Shown here: positions 29,122-40,300 of the stretch, one piece after another | How positions within the stretch are numbered: the first letter of the stretch is position 1 | Layout: each line of letters starts with the position of its first letter | Assembly (NCBI GenBank): GCA_965205485.1 | Contig: OZ242180.1 | Span: 4,736,001 to 4,800,000 of the forward strand | DNA: 64,000 nt | From: Candidatus Latescibacterota bacterium | Lineage (GTDB): Bacteria > Latescibacterota > UBA2968 > GCA-2709665 | Reading direction: 5' to 3' | Program-made: the position numbers and the translations under genes | The notes under the pieces: model-generated | Told to the model about the DNA's origin: nothing | Databases searched by the model: none | The model's input: only the letters and a program-made list of their open reading frames with translations

Positions 29122-30879
29122 CTACGGTTCTTCCACGCGGTGGTAGACGTTCAACGCCGGGTTTTCCAGTGTCCTGCGCCGGCCCGACGGCCACGTCACA
29201 ACCGCCTTCTCCAGTGTTGGATCGACGCCCAGCCCGAAATGCAGCCGTCTCTGGTTCTGCGACGAAAATCCACTGCCTCCCGACACTTCCTGCATCTGCT
29301 CCTGTCCGTTCCAGAACAGCCTCACCTGCGCCCCGATCGCGCTTCGATTGCTCGTCCCGCCCGCCAGTTCGAATCCGATCCACTGTCTTTCGGAACTCAC
29401 CGTGTTCCTGTATATCAGAAGCGGACCGCGCTGGTTGGCCACCACGACGTCCAGTACCCCGCGGTTCCAGAGATCCACGAGCGCGACCGCGCGGCCGTCG
29501 TACCGGTCGTCCACGCCGACAGCCGGAGCCGCGTCTTCAAACCGGCCCATCCCGTCGTTCACCCATACGCGCGCCCGCTGATAGCCGGCGAGGCTGCGTC
29601 CCTTCATCGCCGGCCAATTCTTCGCGTCCGAAATGATCGCCCTGTGTCCTCCTGCAACCTGGGAGAAATCGTACCAATAGCTATCCGACTCCGAGGCGGA
29701 CACGTAGCCGTTGGTCAGATACAGATCCAGCCGCCCGTCGTTGTTGAGATCTCCGAATTGCGCGCCGAAACTCCAGTCGCCCAGTTCCACGCCCATCACC
29801 TGCGCGAGGTTTTCGAACGCCAGGTCGTCGCCCTGCCGGGCGATCCAGAGATTGTTGCCCTGGAGCAGAATCCCCGCTTCCGAGATATTTGTTTCGTAAA
29901 TCGCCAGCCGGCCCTGATTCAACACGTCGCCGAATACCGCGTTCATTCCGCTCTTCGGCTGGTATCCGACGCCCGCCCGCCGTCCGACTTCCTCGAAGGA
30001 CTTCCCGCCGTGGTTCCGGTAGAGCTCCGATACGCCATAGTCGTTGGACAGGAAAAGGTCCGGGTACCCGGAACGGTTCAGGTCCCCCGCCGCCACGGCG
30101 AGGGTCCAGCGCCGGCTCCGAATGCCCACCCGCTCCGCGACGTCCTCGAACCGCCCGTCGCCCCGGTTGCGCATCAGGTACTTCCGACCGCCGTTCTCGG
30201 CATATTCGAAACTCTCCGGCATCATCCGGGTGGATTCAAGTTGCCACAGGTCCAGCACGTCCGGCCAGTACCCGGCGATGAACAGGTCCAGCAACCCGTC
30301 GCAATCGTAGTCCAGCCAGACGGCGCTGCCTGCGTTGACCCAGCCGGGCAACCCCGACCCTTCCGTCACCCGAACGAACCCTCGTCCCGCACGGTTGCGA
30401 AACAGCTCGGGGCGACCCCATTTGTATACGAACAGGTCTTCGAATCCGTCGTTGTCGTAGTCTCCCCAGACGGCACCAACGGAAACCCCGGTACCGGGAC
30501 GATTCAGATCCGCCACGCCCAGCCTTCCGGCCACGTCTTCGAACCGTCCGTATCCCAGATTGCGGTACAGCCGATTCGCGGAACCCTCGCCGCTGTTGGT
30601 CACGTAAAGGTCCTGCCAGCCGTCGCGGTCGAAATCCGCCACGGACACCGCCGCGCCCATAGCAGCGACGTGCGGCATTATGTGATTCAACTTCGCATCC
30701 AGCGTGGGTCCGCGGTGCACGAAATCGACGCCGCTCGCGCCCGCGACTTCCTCGAGCGAAAATCCGTAGTGTGCCGCTTCTTCGCGCAGCGGCCACAGAC
30801 CATATCTGCTGACGACGAGAATCGCCAGAAGCAGCGCGAAGACAGCGATCATGATGCCCTGGACCGTTCGTCGTGACAT
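29122..30879 (-). CDS. CRTAC1-family FG-GAP / ASPIC-UnbV protein
   Basis: Multiple 'D.D.DG..DL' repeats; C-terminal 'SNRSAIGA', 'LHFGLG', 'WPSG'. Confidence 0.9.
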   Translation of the reverse strand: MSRRTVQGIMIAVFALLLAILVVSRYGLWPLREEAAHYGFSLEEVAGASGVDFVHRGPTLDAKLNHIMPHVAAMGAAVSVADFDRDGWQDLYVTNSGEGSANRLYRNLGYGRFEDVAGRLGVADLNRPGTGVSVGAVWGDYDNDGFEDLFVYKWGRPELFRNRAGRGFVRVTEGSGLPGWVNAGSAVWLDYDCDGLLDLFIAGYWPDVLDLWQLESTRMMPESFEYAENGGRKYLMRNRGDGRFEDVAERVGIRSRRWTLAVAAGDLNRSGYPDLFLSNDYGVSELYRNHGGKSFEEVGRRAGVGYQPKSGMNAVFGDVLNQGRLAIYETNISEAGILLQGNNLWIARQGDDLAFENLAQVMGVELGDWSFGAQFGDLNNDGRLDLYLTNGYVSASESDSYWYDFSQVAGGHRAIISDAKNWPAMKGRSLAGYQRARVWVNDGMGRFEDAAPAVGVDDRYDGRAVALVDLWNRGVLDVVVANQRGPLLIYRNTVSSERQWIGFELAGGTSNRSAIGAQVRLFWNGQEQMQEVSGGSGFSSQNQRRLHFGLGVDPTLEKAVVTWPSGRRRTLENPALNVYHRVEEP

Positions 30880-30893
30880 GGCTCACTCGATGG

Positions 30894-33800
30894 CTATCTG
30901 CCGGCGTGCATCCGGGAAATCTCGGGCGTGACGTACCGGGTGTGGTAGTTCTGCCAGTCCGAAGGGTTGCGGCGGTAGACGGGGTCGTCCTCCAGCCGGT
31001 CCGGCGGCGTTTCGTACGACGACCAGGCGTGCGACGGCAGTGGCAGCACCGTCCCTGAAAACGCCGTATTGTAATCTCCGTCCTTTACCCAGCCGTCGCC
31101 CATCAGCACGAAATCCCGCACCCAACCGTCCGGCGGGGGCCCGGGATCGGGGAAGCGCATCACAAGCTCATCCCCGGCGTTCATGATCACGTACCGGTCG
31201 TCCACGTTCGCAAGCAGGGGACGCACATCCCCGAAGCGGGTGTGGTAACCGCTCAGGTCCCACCACCGCGGCGCCGTGCTAACGGCCGCGGAATACAGAG
31301 GGACGTCGGGAGAACGCCGATCCGGATGCGAGATCTCTGAAAACCCGCGGCCCCTCAGCGCTGCGGTCCGGGACCCGATGCGACGCGTCCTCACCGGCGC
31401 GCCGTCCGCGCGTGGAGCCCACGCCAGCCAGTCCCAGTAGATCTCGAGATTCGTCCCAAGGCGCAACCAGGTGGACGCCACACCCGTCAGATCGATCGCA
31501 ATCGTCTTGAATTTTCCGGCGGGAAAGCCGAGGTCCGGTTTCACGGATTCCCACGCGCCGTCCCTTCGCAGCGCGTCCAGTCGCAGCCCCTGTGGCCTGA
31601 CCTCCGCGCCATGCCCCATCGCGACGTTGATCGAACTGTCCGTCGGATAGATCCATCCGTGACCGATCAGCCACCCTCCGACGCTTTCCGCCGCCCGGGG
31701 CAGTTCGATTTCAACCCAGTGATCGGCAGCGACGCCCTGGTACTGTCCCACCTCGAAGGTGTCGAGGTAGCGCGCGTCTCTCGCGTTAACCGTCGCTGAA
31801 ACATCCCGTCCCGCGTCGTCCCTCGCAGCGTGGACGGCCACCGGTGTTCCCGTTGCAATCACCTTCAGCTCCGGCTGTCGCATCGCGAACCGCTCGTCCA
31901 CGAATACGGCCACGTCCGGCGGATGGTCCACAACCATCAACTCGACCCAGTCCACGAACTGGGTCTCCCACAGTTCGGAGGTGATGCGGATATCGTAAAA
32001 CCCGTCCCGCGCCGCCAGTTCCTCTCCCCGGATCAGGATCCAGTCCTCCGTCTGGGACACCCCGGCCGTCACCTGCGCGTTGATCCGCATCCCCAGCGGC
32101 GACCGCCAGAGAAAGTCCTTAATGAAGGCCATCTCTTCGCCATTGAACGCGAACACCCAGGGACAGGACCCCTTCAGACGCTGCTGCGCCAGAATCGTCT
32201 GATCGGCCGCCAGGTCGAACTCCGCCTGAACGGTTCCGTTCGGCCACTGCACCCGCACCACGTCCGCCAGGTCGTATTCGCCCAGACCGAAATGGACAAC
32301 AGGCGCCCGGATCGTCCGGCGCTGCGCCAGAAGACCGGACCTCAGCAACACCTCCCCGCCCAGCGCGTATGAGTTGATCCTCCCGTCCCCCCGGACCGCC
32401 CGCACACGCGGCCGCACGACCTGCCAGTGGTAGTTCCGGTCGCCCCGGTTCACGAGTAGCCGCGGCACCCCGTCGCGAGAAAGTCCCAGCAGGTCGAGGC
32501 GACCGTCTCCGGTCATGTCCGAGACCTCGAAGACCCGAACGCCGTTCGGCAGGCCGTTGCGACGCCAGGAGTTCTCCGCATCGCCCAGCCAGTAAACGCA
32601 TTCCGCCTCGCCGCTGGCGACCAGGTCCAGTTGCCCGTTATTGTCGAGATCGGCCAGAAACAGACGCGCCGGCGTCGAGAAAACCCGCGTGCCGACCAGC
32701 TCACGGACTTTCCAGCGGCCATTGCCGCGCGAGATCGACGATATCCCGCCGCGTCTGTTCAGGATCAACAGGTCCAGGCTGCCGTCGCCGTCCACGTCCC
32801 CGGACGCAAGCGCAACCGCCTCGTCCGGACCTTCGTACGAGCGCTCGAACGACCCGCTGCGCTCGTTGAGAAAGGCAACCAGCCGGCCCTGATCGTCCAG
32901 GAGCGCCGCATCGGGAACGCCGTCGCCGTCGAGATCCGTCCATTCAAAGGCCCGAATGCCCGGCACGCCCTCGAAGGGCCGGACGACCGCAAACGTACCT
33001 TCGCCGTTGTTGCGCAACACCAGGCATGCTTCCGGACCTCCGAGTACCAGATCCAGGTCCCCGTCCATCTCGATGTCTGCGGGCCACGCGCCCAGATAGG
33101 CTGCCGCGGTCACGCCGGCGTCGAGCCCCGCACTGTCGGTCACATCCTGCAGCGTCCCGCTTTCGCCCCGGCTGTACAGACGAACGCCGCCGCCACCCGC
33201 AACAACCAGATCCATTTCAAAGTCGTTGTTCCAGTCCACCGAAAGCAGACCGCGCTTGCCGACGCCTCCGGATGCTGGCGCTGGCACGGTCCTTCCCGAT
33301 GCGTCCAGCCAGCGCACGGAACCATCCACAGCCATCAGCGCGACCGGCGTATCCGCCCAGGCGATGCCAAGCATCGTCCCGCCCGCGGAAACGTCAAGGT
33401 TCTCCGAAACAAACGTGAGCGACGTATCCGCCGGCGCGGGGTCCGCGGACGGACTCCGCATCTTCAGGAACCGCCGCAGCGGTTCTCCCGCCGCCTGCGC
33501 GGGCAGCCGCACACGACTCATGTCGCGGCGGAACACCGGCGTTCGCAGCAGCGCGTTGTGCAGGAATGCCGCGTGCCGCGCTGCCAGCCTGAAGTCCGTT
33601 TCCGCATTCTCAAGCGCCTGCAACTGTTCTCTCGCCGCTTCCGGCCATCCGACGGTCCGTTGGGCGATCCGCGAAACGGACACTCTCAGCCCTTCGGCAT
33701 CCTGTGCCTTTGCCGCCAGTCTGATCCGTTCGAGCAGGAGCGCCTGATTCTCCGGCGACTCACCGAGCAAACCCTCCACCGCGGCAACGGCACCCGCCGT

Positions 33801-34250
33801 ATCTCCTTTCCGTTCCAGCTCACGCGCCAGCGCGTAGCCCGCCTTGAGTTGCCCCGCGCTGGCCAGACTCAATGCACGCCGAAGGTGAAAAACCGCTTCA
33901 TCCGCATGGCCGCGCCGGCTCTCGAATGTCCCCATCATGAATGCGAGCTGCGCGTTCTCCGGCGCGAGTCCCTGTGCGCGCTCCATCGATCTAATCGCTT
34001 CCTCGTCCCTGCCCAGTGAGAACTGCAAAAGAGCCAGATTCGCCCACCCCGCGGGCTCCCCGGGGACGTTTTCGGTCATCCGGGTCAGCGCGGCGGCGGC
34101 GCGTTCGTGGGCCCCAACGTCAAGGGCCGCAACGCCGGCATAAAAATCGGCGACCGCCTGCCGGTATGCCTCGCTGCCTGGCTTTGGAAGGCCGGTTTCA
34201 CATCCGGCCGACAGAGCGAGAAGTACAAGCGCTATAGACGTTTTACTCAG
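30894..34250 (-). CDS. TPR + FG-GAP + ASPIC/UnbV lipoprotein (probable CTG start at 34250)
   Basis: Frame is open upstream of the track ORF (34079) and encodes SKTSIALVLLALSAGC (lipobox); also TPRs, FG-GAP repeats, 'HFGLG', 'KGSCP'. Confidence 0.8.
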   Translation of the reverse strand: MSKTSIALVLLALSAGCETGLPKPGSEAYRQAVADFYAGVAALDVGAHERAAAALTRMTENVPGEPAGWANLALLQFSLGRDEEAIRSMERAQGLAPENAQLAFMMGTFESRRGHADEAVFHLRRALSLASAGQLKAGYALARELERKGDTAGAVAAVEGLLGESPENQALLLERIRLAAKAQDAEGLRVSVSRIAQRTVGWPEAAREQLQALENAETDFRLAARHAAFLHNALLRTPVFRRDMSRVRLPAQAAGEPLRRFLKMRSPSADPAPADTSLTFVSENLDVSAGGTMLGIAWADTPVALMAVDGSVRWLDASGRTVPAPASGGVGKRGLLSVDWNNDFEMDLVVAGGGGVRLYSRGESGTLQDVTDSAGLDAGVTAAAYLGAWPADIEMDGDLDLVLGGPEACLVLRNNGEGTFAVVRPFEGVPGIRAFEWTDLDGDGVPDAALLDDQGRLVAFLNERSGSFERSYEGPDEAVALASGDVDGDGSLDLLILNRRGGISSISRGNGRWKVRELVGTRVFSTPARLFLADLDNNGQLDLVASGEAECVYWLGDAENSWRRNGLPNGVRVFEVSDMTGDGRLDLLGLSRDGVPRLLVNRGDRNYHWQVVRPRVRAVRGDGRINSYALGGEVLLRSGLLAQRRTIRAPVVHFGLGEYDLADVVRVQWPNGTVQAEFDLAADQTILAQQRLKGSCPWVFAFNGEEMAFIKDFLWRSPLGMRINAQVTAGVSQTEDWILIRGEELAARDGFYDIRITSELWETQFVDWVELMVVDHPPDVAVFVDERFAMRQPELKVIATGTPVAVHAARDDAGRDVSATVNARDARYLDTFEVGQYQGVAADHWVEIELPRAAESVGGWLIGHGWIYPTDSSINVAMGHGAEVRPQGLRLDALRRDGAWESVKPDLGFPAGKFKTIAIDLTGVASTWLRLGTNLEIYWDWLAWAPRADGAPVRTRRIGSRTAALRGRGFSEISHPDRRSPDVPLYSAAVSTAPRWWDLSGYHTRFGDVRPLLANVDDRYVIMNAGDELVMRFPDPGPPPDGWVRDFVLMGDGWVKDGDYNTAFSGTVLPLPSHAWSSYETPPDRLEDDPVYRRNPSDWQNYHTRYVTPEISRMHAGR

Positions 34251-34539
34251 GTTCCAATCCCCCCGGAACGAGAACGTACTTTCTACCTTAAATCAGAAAG
34301 GCGGAACCGTAGCAAGACGGCGCCGCTCCTGAAAACGCCAAAACAGACAATATGGAATTGAGACGAGCCGCGCCGCTAACAGTCCGTTGATAAAGTCGCT
34401 CTGCAGGCGAGGCCGAGCCATTGTGGCCGAAGACAAGGCGTGCGACCGAGTCCCATCCTTCGATTCGGCGAGGGAGCACAACGCAGTATTTCGACCGCAA
34501 GGGCCGGCCGCAGCCCGGATGGACTTTTTCAACGGGCTG

Positions 34540-34998
34540 CTAAGGATCGGTAGTCCTGAAGGCACACCGATCCAGCGAAAGCGGCATATTGCGCACGAAC
34601 AACAATACCAGCGAACACGCGATCAGCAGCAGGTCCTGCACAAGCGCCGTATTGAGCGAGCCGCGAGTACCGTCCAACCCGAAGCAGCCGCAGTCGAGAT
34701 CCGCGCCCCGGTAGATGTTCACCGCAATGGCGATGCCGAACGAGGAGAGCAGCGCCAGGGCGGCAAGCGCGCCGCTCCGCGACCAGAAACCCGCCATCAG
34801 GCAAGCGCCCGCGGCGATTTCCATCCATGGCACGACAACGGCGAAGCCGTTAATGAACGCATTTGGAAGCACATTGTACGCGCGAACCGTCATTGCAAAA
34901 AGCGCCGGCTCCGAAATCTTGGCCAGACCCGCCCACATCAACACCCCGCCAAGCGCGAGCCGCAGGACGACCGGGATTCCGTACCGGACCTGATTCAT
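34540..34998 (-). CDS. MauE/DoxX-family membrane protein
   Basis: 'LRLALGGV..WAG..KI', 'PWMEI..G', 'DCGCFG'. Confidence 0.88.
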   Translation of the reverse strand: MNQVRYGIPVVLRLALGGVLMWAGLAKISEPALFAMTVRAYNVLPNAFINGFAVVVPWMEIAAGACLMAGFWSRSGALAALALLSSFGIAIAVNIYRGADLDCGCFGLDGTRGSLNTALVQDLLLIACSLVLLFVRNMPLSLDRCAFRTTDP

Positions 34999-35495
34999 GG
35001 GTCGACCCCCTTCGCCACAGGATATCCCGCGCCTGCCCAAGCCCCCCACCCATCGAAGAACGCGTGTACGCGCGTAAATCCGAAGCCGTTCGCGAGCAGG
35101 TGCGCCAGCCTGACGCTGGCCTGGCACCGGGCGCCGCCGCAGTAGGTGATGATATGCGCGTCCCTGGGAACGCCTTCGAGCTTCTTCCTGCCCTTCTCGT
35201 TCAGTTCGTGCGGCGTCAGGTTGACCGCACCCGGTATATGCCCGGATGCGTAAGCGCGCGGCATGCGAGCGTCCAGGAATAACGCGGAACCGGAGTCGTA
35301 AGCCGCTTTGGCGTCGGCAAGACTTGCACGGATTCCCTCAAGGTACAGGCTCCAGTTCACGTGTTCGGCCTGCGACACGTTCCTGGGCGTCTGAAGCGGA
35401 ATGCCGGAGGCGGACAGGGCGTTGTAAGCAAGGCCCGCGCCAGAACCGGCCAGCAGAATAACGATCGCCTTCAATACAAGCCGGAATCGAACCAT
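34995..35495 (-). CDS. Rhodanese-like domain protein
   Basis: 'FLDAR...Y..GHIPGAVN', 'YCGGARC', 'GWGAW..AGYP'; SD GGGAGG. Confidence 0.9.
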   Translation of the reverse strand: MVRFRLVLKAIVILLAGSGAGLAYNALSASGIPLQTPRNVSQAEHVNWSLYLEGIRASLADAKAAYDSGSALFLDARMPRAYASGHIPGAVNLTPHELNEKGRKKLEGVPRDAHIITYCGGARCQASVRLAHLLANGFGFTRVHAFFDGWGAWAGAGYPVAKGVDP

Positions 35496-35512
35496 CAGAA
35501 CGGCCTCCCTTA

Positions 35513-35722
35513 GAAGCTGTCTTAAAATTCCCAGCGGTCTTCGCGCGGCTGCAAAAGCGGCGTTCGGCGTTGGTCAAACCCGCCCGTCACACGAGATCGA
35601 GGCTGCGCTTGCTCGCCTCTCATAGCCGGGTATTCCCGTCGGCGCTGCGCGCCCCTCGCGCCTCATAACCGCCGCTTTTTCGCTCGCGCTCGGGAACTCA
35701 CCGGTAATTTTAAGACAGCTTC
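35513..35722. mobile_element. Palindromic MITE-like element, copy 3 (210 bp)
   Basis: Perfect 17-bp terminal inverted repeat, TTA...TTA flanks, extra internal hairpins. Confidence 0.82.
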
Positions 35723-35743
35723 TTAGATGAATCGTACGGTCTA

Positions 35744-35772
35744 TATATAACGTACACCGGTACGGCTGTCAA
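35744..35772 (-). promoter_or_regulatory. Possible sigma70 promoter reading through element copy 3 into the rhodanese gene
   Basis: TTGACA-17 nt-TATATA on the minus strand; the -10 is imperfect. Confidence 0.45.
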
Positions 35773-35795
35773 GCCTCGACGGGTCACCATCCGCT

Positions 35796-35824
35796 TTGAC
35801 AATTCCCATCGCATATGCTATTAT
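35796..35824 (+). promoter_or_regulatory. Sigma70-type promoter for the DegT operon
   Basis: TTGACA-17 nt-TATTAT with an extended -10 TG. Confidence 0.7.
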
Positions 35825-35972
35825 GCAACGCGTCAAAGAGCGGCAATCGCCTTCGCGAAGTACCTGCACAGACGGCCTGTTTGCGGCGCCGAATGCCTTC
35901 CGGGTCAATCGGGAATGCATACAATGGAAACGCTGCGATTCACAGGGCAACCATTCCGGGAGAACACTGGAT

Positions 35973-37262
35973 ATGTCTAAATCGGACCTGGCGCTGGATG
36001 GCGGCCCCCGGGCCGTGACCGAACCTCAGAATGACGGCTGGAAAACGGTTACGAGCCTGGAGAAACAATCCGTAATGAACGTGCTGGAAGGCGGTCTGGG
36101 CGATTCATATTCCCAGATCGACGGTTTTCAGGAGGAGTTCCGCGCATTCACCGGCTCAAGGTTCGCCATCGCGACCTGCAACGGGACGGCGGCCATCCAC
36201 TCTGCGGTCTTCGCATCCGGCGCCCGCATCGGCAAGGAAGTGATCGTGCCCTCCGTCACGTGGCACGCCAGCATCACGCCGATTCTGCACTGCGGCGCAA
36301 CGCCGGTGTTCTGCGACGCGGACCCCGGCACCTTCTGCGCGGACCCGGGGGATGCCGAGCGCCGGATCACGGAGAATACGTGCGCGATCATCGTAACCCA
36401 CGTATACGGCAACCCCGCACATATGGACGCATTCCGCGAACTCGTCGAAGGAACAGACATCACACTGATCGAAGACGCTTCGCACGCCCACGGCGCCCTA
36501 TGGAACGGCGCACCGGTGGGCTCTCTCGGTCACGTCGGCTGCTTCAGCCTTCAGGGTAGCAAGCCGGTCACCGGGATCGAAGCCGGCGTGGTCGTGACCG
36601 ATGACGAAGACCTCTACGACAGAATGTTGGCTCTGGGCCACTATGGAAGATGTGAAAAGGCTTTTGTCACCGACAGATTCCGGGACCTTCGAAACATGGG
36701 CCTGGGCATCAAGTACAGGGCGAATCCCCTGGGCGTGGCCATGGCGCGCGCGCAGCTTGAACGGTTGCCCGGGCTGAACGAAAAGAGGCGCGCATGGTTC
36801 GGGCGGCTGAACAGTAAGCTGAAATCCGTCAAGGGTATACATCCCCAGGCGACCTACCCGCAGGCGGCGCGGGGCGGACTCCTTCTGTATACCGGCACCA
36901 TCGATGCCCGGAACATCGGCGCCCCGGTATCCGTCATCCTGAAAGCGCTCGTGGCGGAGGGCGTGGCAACCACGCCGGCGATTACGCCCTTCGGTTACGG
37001 CGTGATGCATCTGGAGCCGCTCTTCAACGATTTCCCGTTCGGCGACCTTGGCGGTCCCTGGGGCGACCTTCCTCCAGACACGAGAATCCCCTGCAGCCGG
37101 GGCGATCTGCCGGTCAGCGAACGCATCCATGATTCAAGTTTCTGGCTGTCCACGCCTGTCGACCCCAACCCCGCGTGGGTGGACCAGGTTGCCGCGGCCT
37201 TTTCAAAAGTGGCGAATCACGGCGAGCGCCTCGCGGAAATCGCGGCGGACGGTGATTCCTGA
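35973..37262 (+). CDS. DegT/DnrJ/EryC1/StrS PLP aminotransferase
   Basis: 'LALDGGP', 'NGTAAI', 'IEDASHAHGA', 'FSLQGSK' (PLP lysine), 'G.KYR'. Confidence 0.93.
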   Translation: MSKSDLALDGGPRAVTEPQNDGWKTVTSLEKQSVMNVLEGGLGDSYSQIDGFQEEFRAFTGSRFAIATCNGTAAIHSAVFASGARIGKEVIVPSVTWHASITPILHCGATPVFCDADPGTFCADPGDAERRITENTCAIIVTHVYGNPAHMDAFRELVEGTDITLIEDASHAHGALWNGAPVGSLGHVGCFSLQGSKPVTGIEAGVVVTDDEDLYDRMLALGHYGRCEKAFVTDRFRDLRNMGLGIKYRANPLGVAMARAQLERLPGLNEKRRAWFGRLNSKLKSVKGIHPQATYPQAARGGLLLYTGTIDARNIGAPVSVILKALVAEGVATTPAITPFGYGVMHLEPLFNDFPFGDLGGPWGDLPPDTRIPCSRGDLPVSERIHDSSFWLSTPVDPNPAWVDQVAAAFSKVANHGERLAEIAADGDS

Positions 37263-37328
37263 GTTGGGTGCGCACGTCCGACGGTCCGCGACGCCGTTTC
37301 TGAAAACTCGAATGGAGATCGACTGCCA

Positions 37329-40300
37329 GTGAGCCCTTCCTGGACGCCACCGGAAACCAAGGGGCACCGGGTTGTCGCGTTTCCGGACCGGCCCCACGTC
37401 TGGATCGGCACGCGTACCATCGAAGAGATTCGCAGCCGGTACGCGGCCGGAGACGAGGAGGTCCGATCGTGGGCTGACAGGTCACTTGCCCTGGCCGAAA
37501 AATGGTCCGGCAAGTCCGATGCCTGGTACCTGGATACCATCTGGCATCGCGAGCCTCGCGGCATCTATACCTGCGCCTGTCCCATCCACCCCTTCAGGGT
37601 ACGGTACTACAGCTATTTCGACTGGTCCCTGGATGACCCGTGGCGGCTTCACTGTCCTTATTGCAGGTCGGAACGCCGCGAATACGCGTACTATCCCAAC
37701 CCCCGGTACCCGGACGACGGGGACGGCTGCTTTCCCACCAACGATGTGTGGCGCGAGGACCACGACGAGGCCTGGAGCCTGGCGCACGACGGCATCCCCT
37801 GGGACCATTGGGACGGAGAAGCCCACGGCTACGTCGAACCCACCAACGCTTTTTATTTCAAAGCGCTCTGCTGGATGAATTCTCTGCGGGAGCTATCCGG
37901 CAACGTCCTCCATCGCCTGGGTAAAGCCTTCCACGCCGCAAGGCTGAGGTCGGACTCCGATACGGCGGAAAGACACGCGCGCAAAGGCCGTGTCCTGCTC
38001 GTTACGCTTTCCAGAGCCTTCCTGGGCGACGCCTATCTTGCAGCACTTCTGGAAACATCCGAATTGAATCTGCGGAAACGCCTGGCCGATTTCTACGAGC
38101 CTGGTACGCCAGCGAAATCCTATTCCGGGTATCGCCTTCACGCCCCGTTCGATCATATCGAGGGGGACCCTGAACGACCGTTGAACGCGCCGGGAGACCG
38201 CTACGGTACCAAGGGCGCCTCGATCTATCCCGGCGTGTGGAACTGGAAAGCCAGCCTCGCCCAGGATCTACTTGTCGGTTACAGCCTGATTGCCGGAACG
38301 TTCGAAGAGGCCGAGGCCGACCTGAAAGCCGCCGCACTGCGCATCGTCACGTCCGTCGAAGGCGATTCACCGAAACTGGGGGACCGCGGCCGAAAACTCA
38401 AACGCGGCATTCTGGAATACACCCTCCATCCTTATACGCTTGTCACAGGCGCCGACAACCTTTCCTCCTCTACCCAGATGCCCAGGCTGCAACTCGGCCG
38501 CATTGTGGGCGACGACCGGATCATCGAAAACGTGGCCAGAGACATACTCTACTTTCTTCATAACTTCTTTACCGGCGACGGTCTGGGCAAGGAGGGCTCG
38601 CCCTCCTACACCAGTTGGGGAATCTCAAGCGTGATGGAGGCCATTCACGGCCAGCGGGGCGCATTTGACAGGAATGCCCCCTATTACGACGGGATCCTCA
38701 ACGGGATCAACATGCTTTCCCTGCCCGTCTTCAAGCACGGACTCGGCCAGTTCCTCAAGACCGGCTTCCCCGATGGCCGCCCCATCGCCTGGGAAGACTG
38801 TGTAATCAGGGCCGCCATGCCCATGGAGCCACTCGCCCTGGCCGAGACCCACGGGGGCGGTATCCCGGATGCCTACCGCGAATACCTGAACATCGATCCG
38901 GAGGGCGATCCTGTCGTCTCGCTGAAACTCCCCATGCCCCTCCCATCCCACCTGCTGGGCCAGAACCGCAAGGCCATCCTGCGCAGCGGCCAGGGCGACC
39001 GTACCCGCACGCTCTCACTCGACTACACCGAGCGTGTCGGTCATTACCATATGGCGCCTCTAAACCTCACGCTCTTCGCCATTGGTCACGAACTGGCAAC
39101 CGACCTCGGTTACATGGGATCCACTCACTTTATGACGGTGGATTGGATCAAGACCTTTCCCGCCCACAACACCGTCGCCATCCGCACCCGGGACGGCGAT
39201 CCAATGGGCACGGACAACCTCCGGGGAGACCTTCGGTTTTTTGCAGATCTGCCCGGCTTCAAGGCGATCGATGCCGCCGAGGAGGACGCAGACGAGCTCG
39301 GCAAAGTGCCCGGGGCCTGCCGCTACCAGCGCACTGTCGCCCTCATTGACTGTGACCCCGAAAACAGCTACGTTGTTGACGTCTTCCGCGTGAGTGGCGG
39401 CCACAATCACGACTGGACGTTACACGGCAATGGGCATCGTTTTTTCACCGAAGGCGTTAACCTGACGGATCGGCCAGACCCGTCGGAATCTCTCTACGAT
39501 TTCAGCGGATTTACGTTCACACCTTCACGCCGGACACCACGTGTCGGCGCCAGGTGGGGCACTCAGCGAGTTACGCAGCTCAGCGCCGGCTACAGCAACG
39601 GACCGTGGACGGCAACCTGGGGCGACGTTTCCGAATACCCGAACCCTGACAGCTCTCCGGAGATCGACACGGAAGCATTCCTGAAACTTCACATGCTTGA
39701 CGCGCCCGGATCCGAGATCATCGCCGGCACCGGCCCCGCACAGCGCTGGCTTGACAACCGCGACCTGGGCGAGCAGATGAAGCTGGTCACCGTCCGCCGC
39801 CGGAACAGTAACCTCCCGAACACGTTTCTGGCCGTCCATGAACCCTACCGCAACAGCCCGTTCATCGAACGGGCCAGCCGCCTATCCTGTGAGAATCATG
39901 AAGCCGAAGGGTTTCAGGTGACGCACAGCCGGGGTACGGATCTGGTCCTTAGCAATCCCTCCGGCGCGCCTTGTGAAATCTCCAATGACGGCGGCGAATT
40001 GCACAGCGACGGCGAACTCGCCTACGCGTCATTCGATGCTCACGGCCTCCGCATGCTTGCGATCATCGGCGGCACTTTCGCCGAAGCCGGCGGTCGCCGG
40101 CTCCAACCCCTGCCCACCATTGAAGGGCTGCTTACCGGATTCGACGACGTCGAAAAAACCCTGACGATCCAACCGGAAGCCGAGATTGCGGACCCCAACG
40201 CACTCCCGGAAAAGACCATCACCATACGTCATCGCAAACGTGCCTCCGCATACACCATCCGATCCGCCGAAAGGAGTCCTGACGGGGCCTGTACTCTGCG

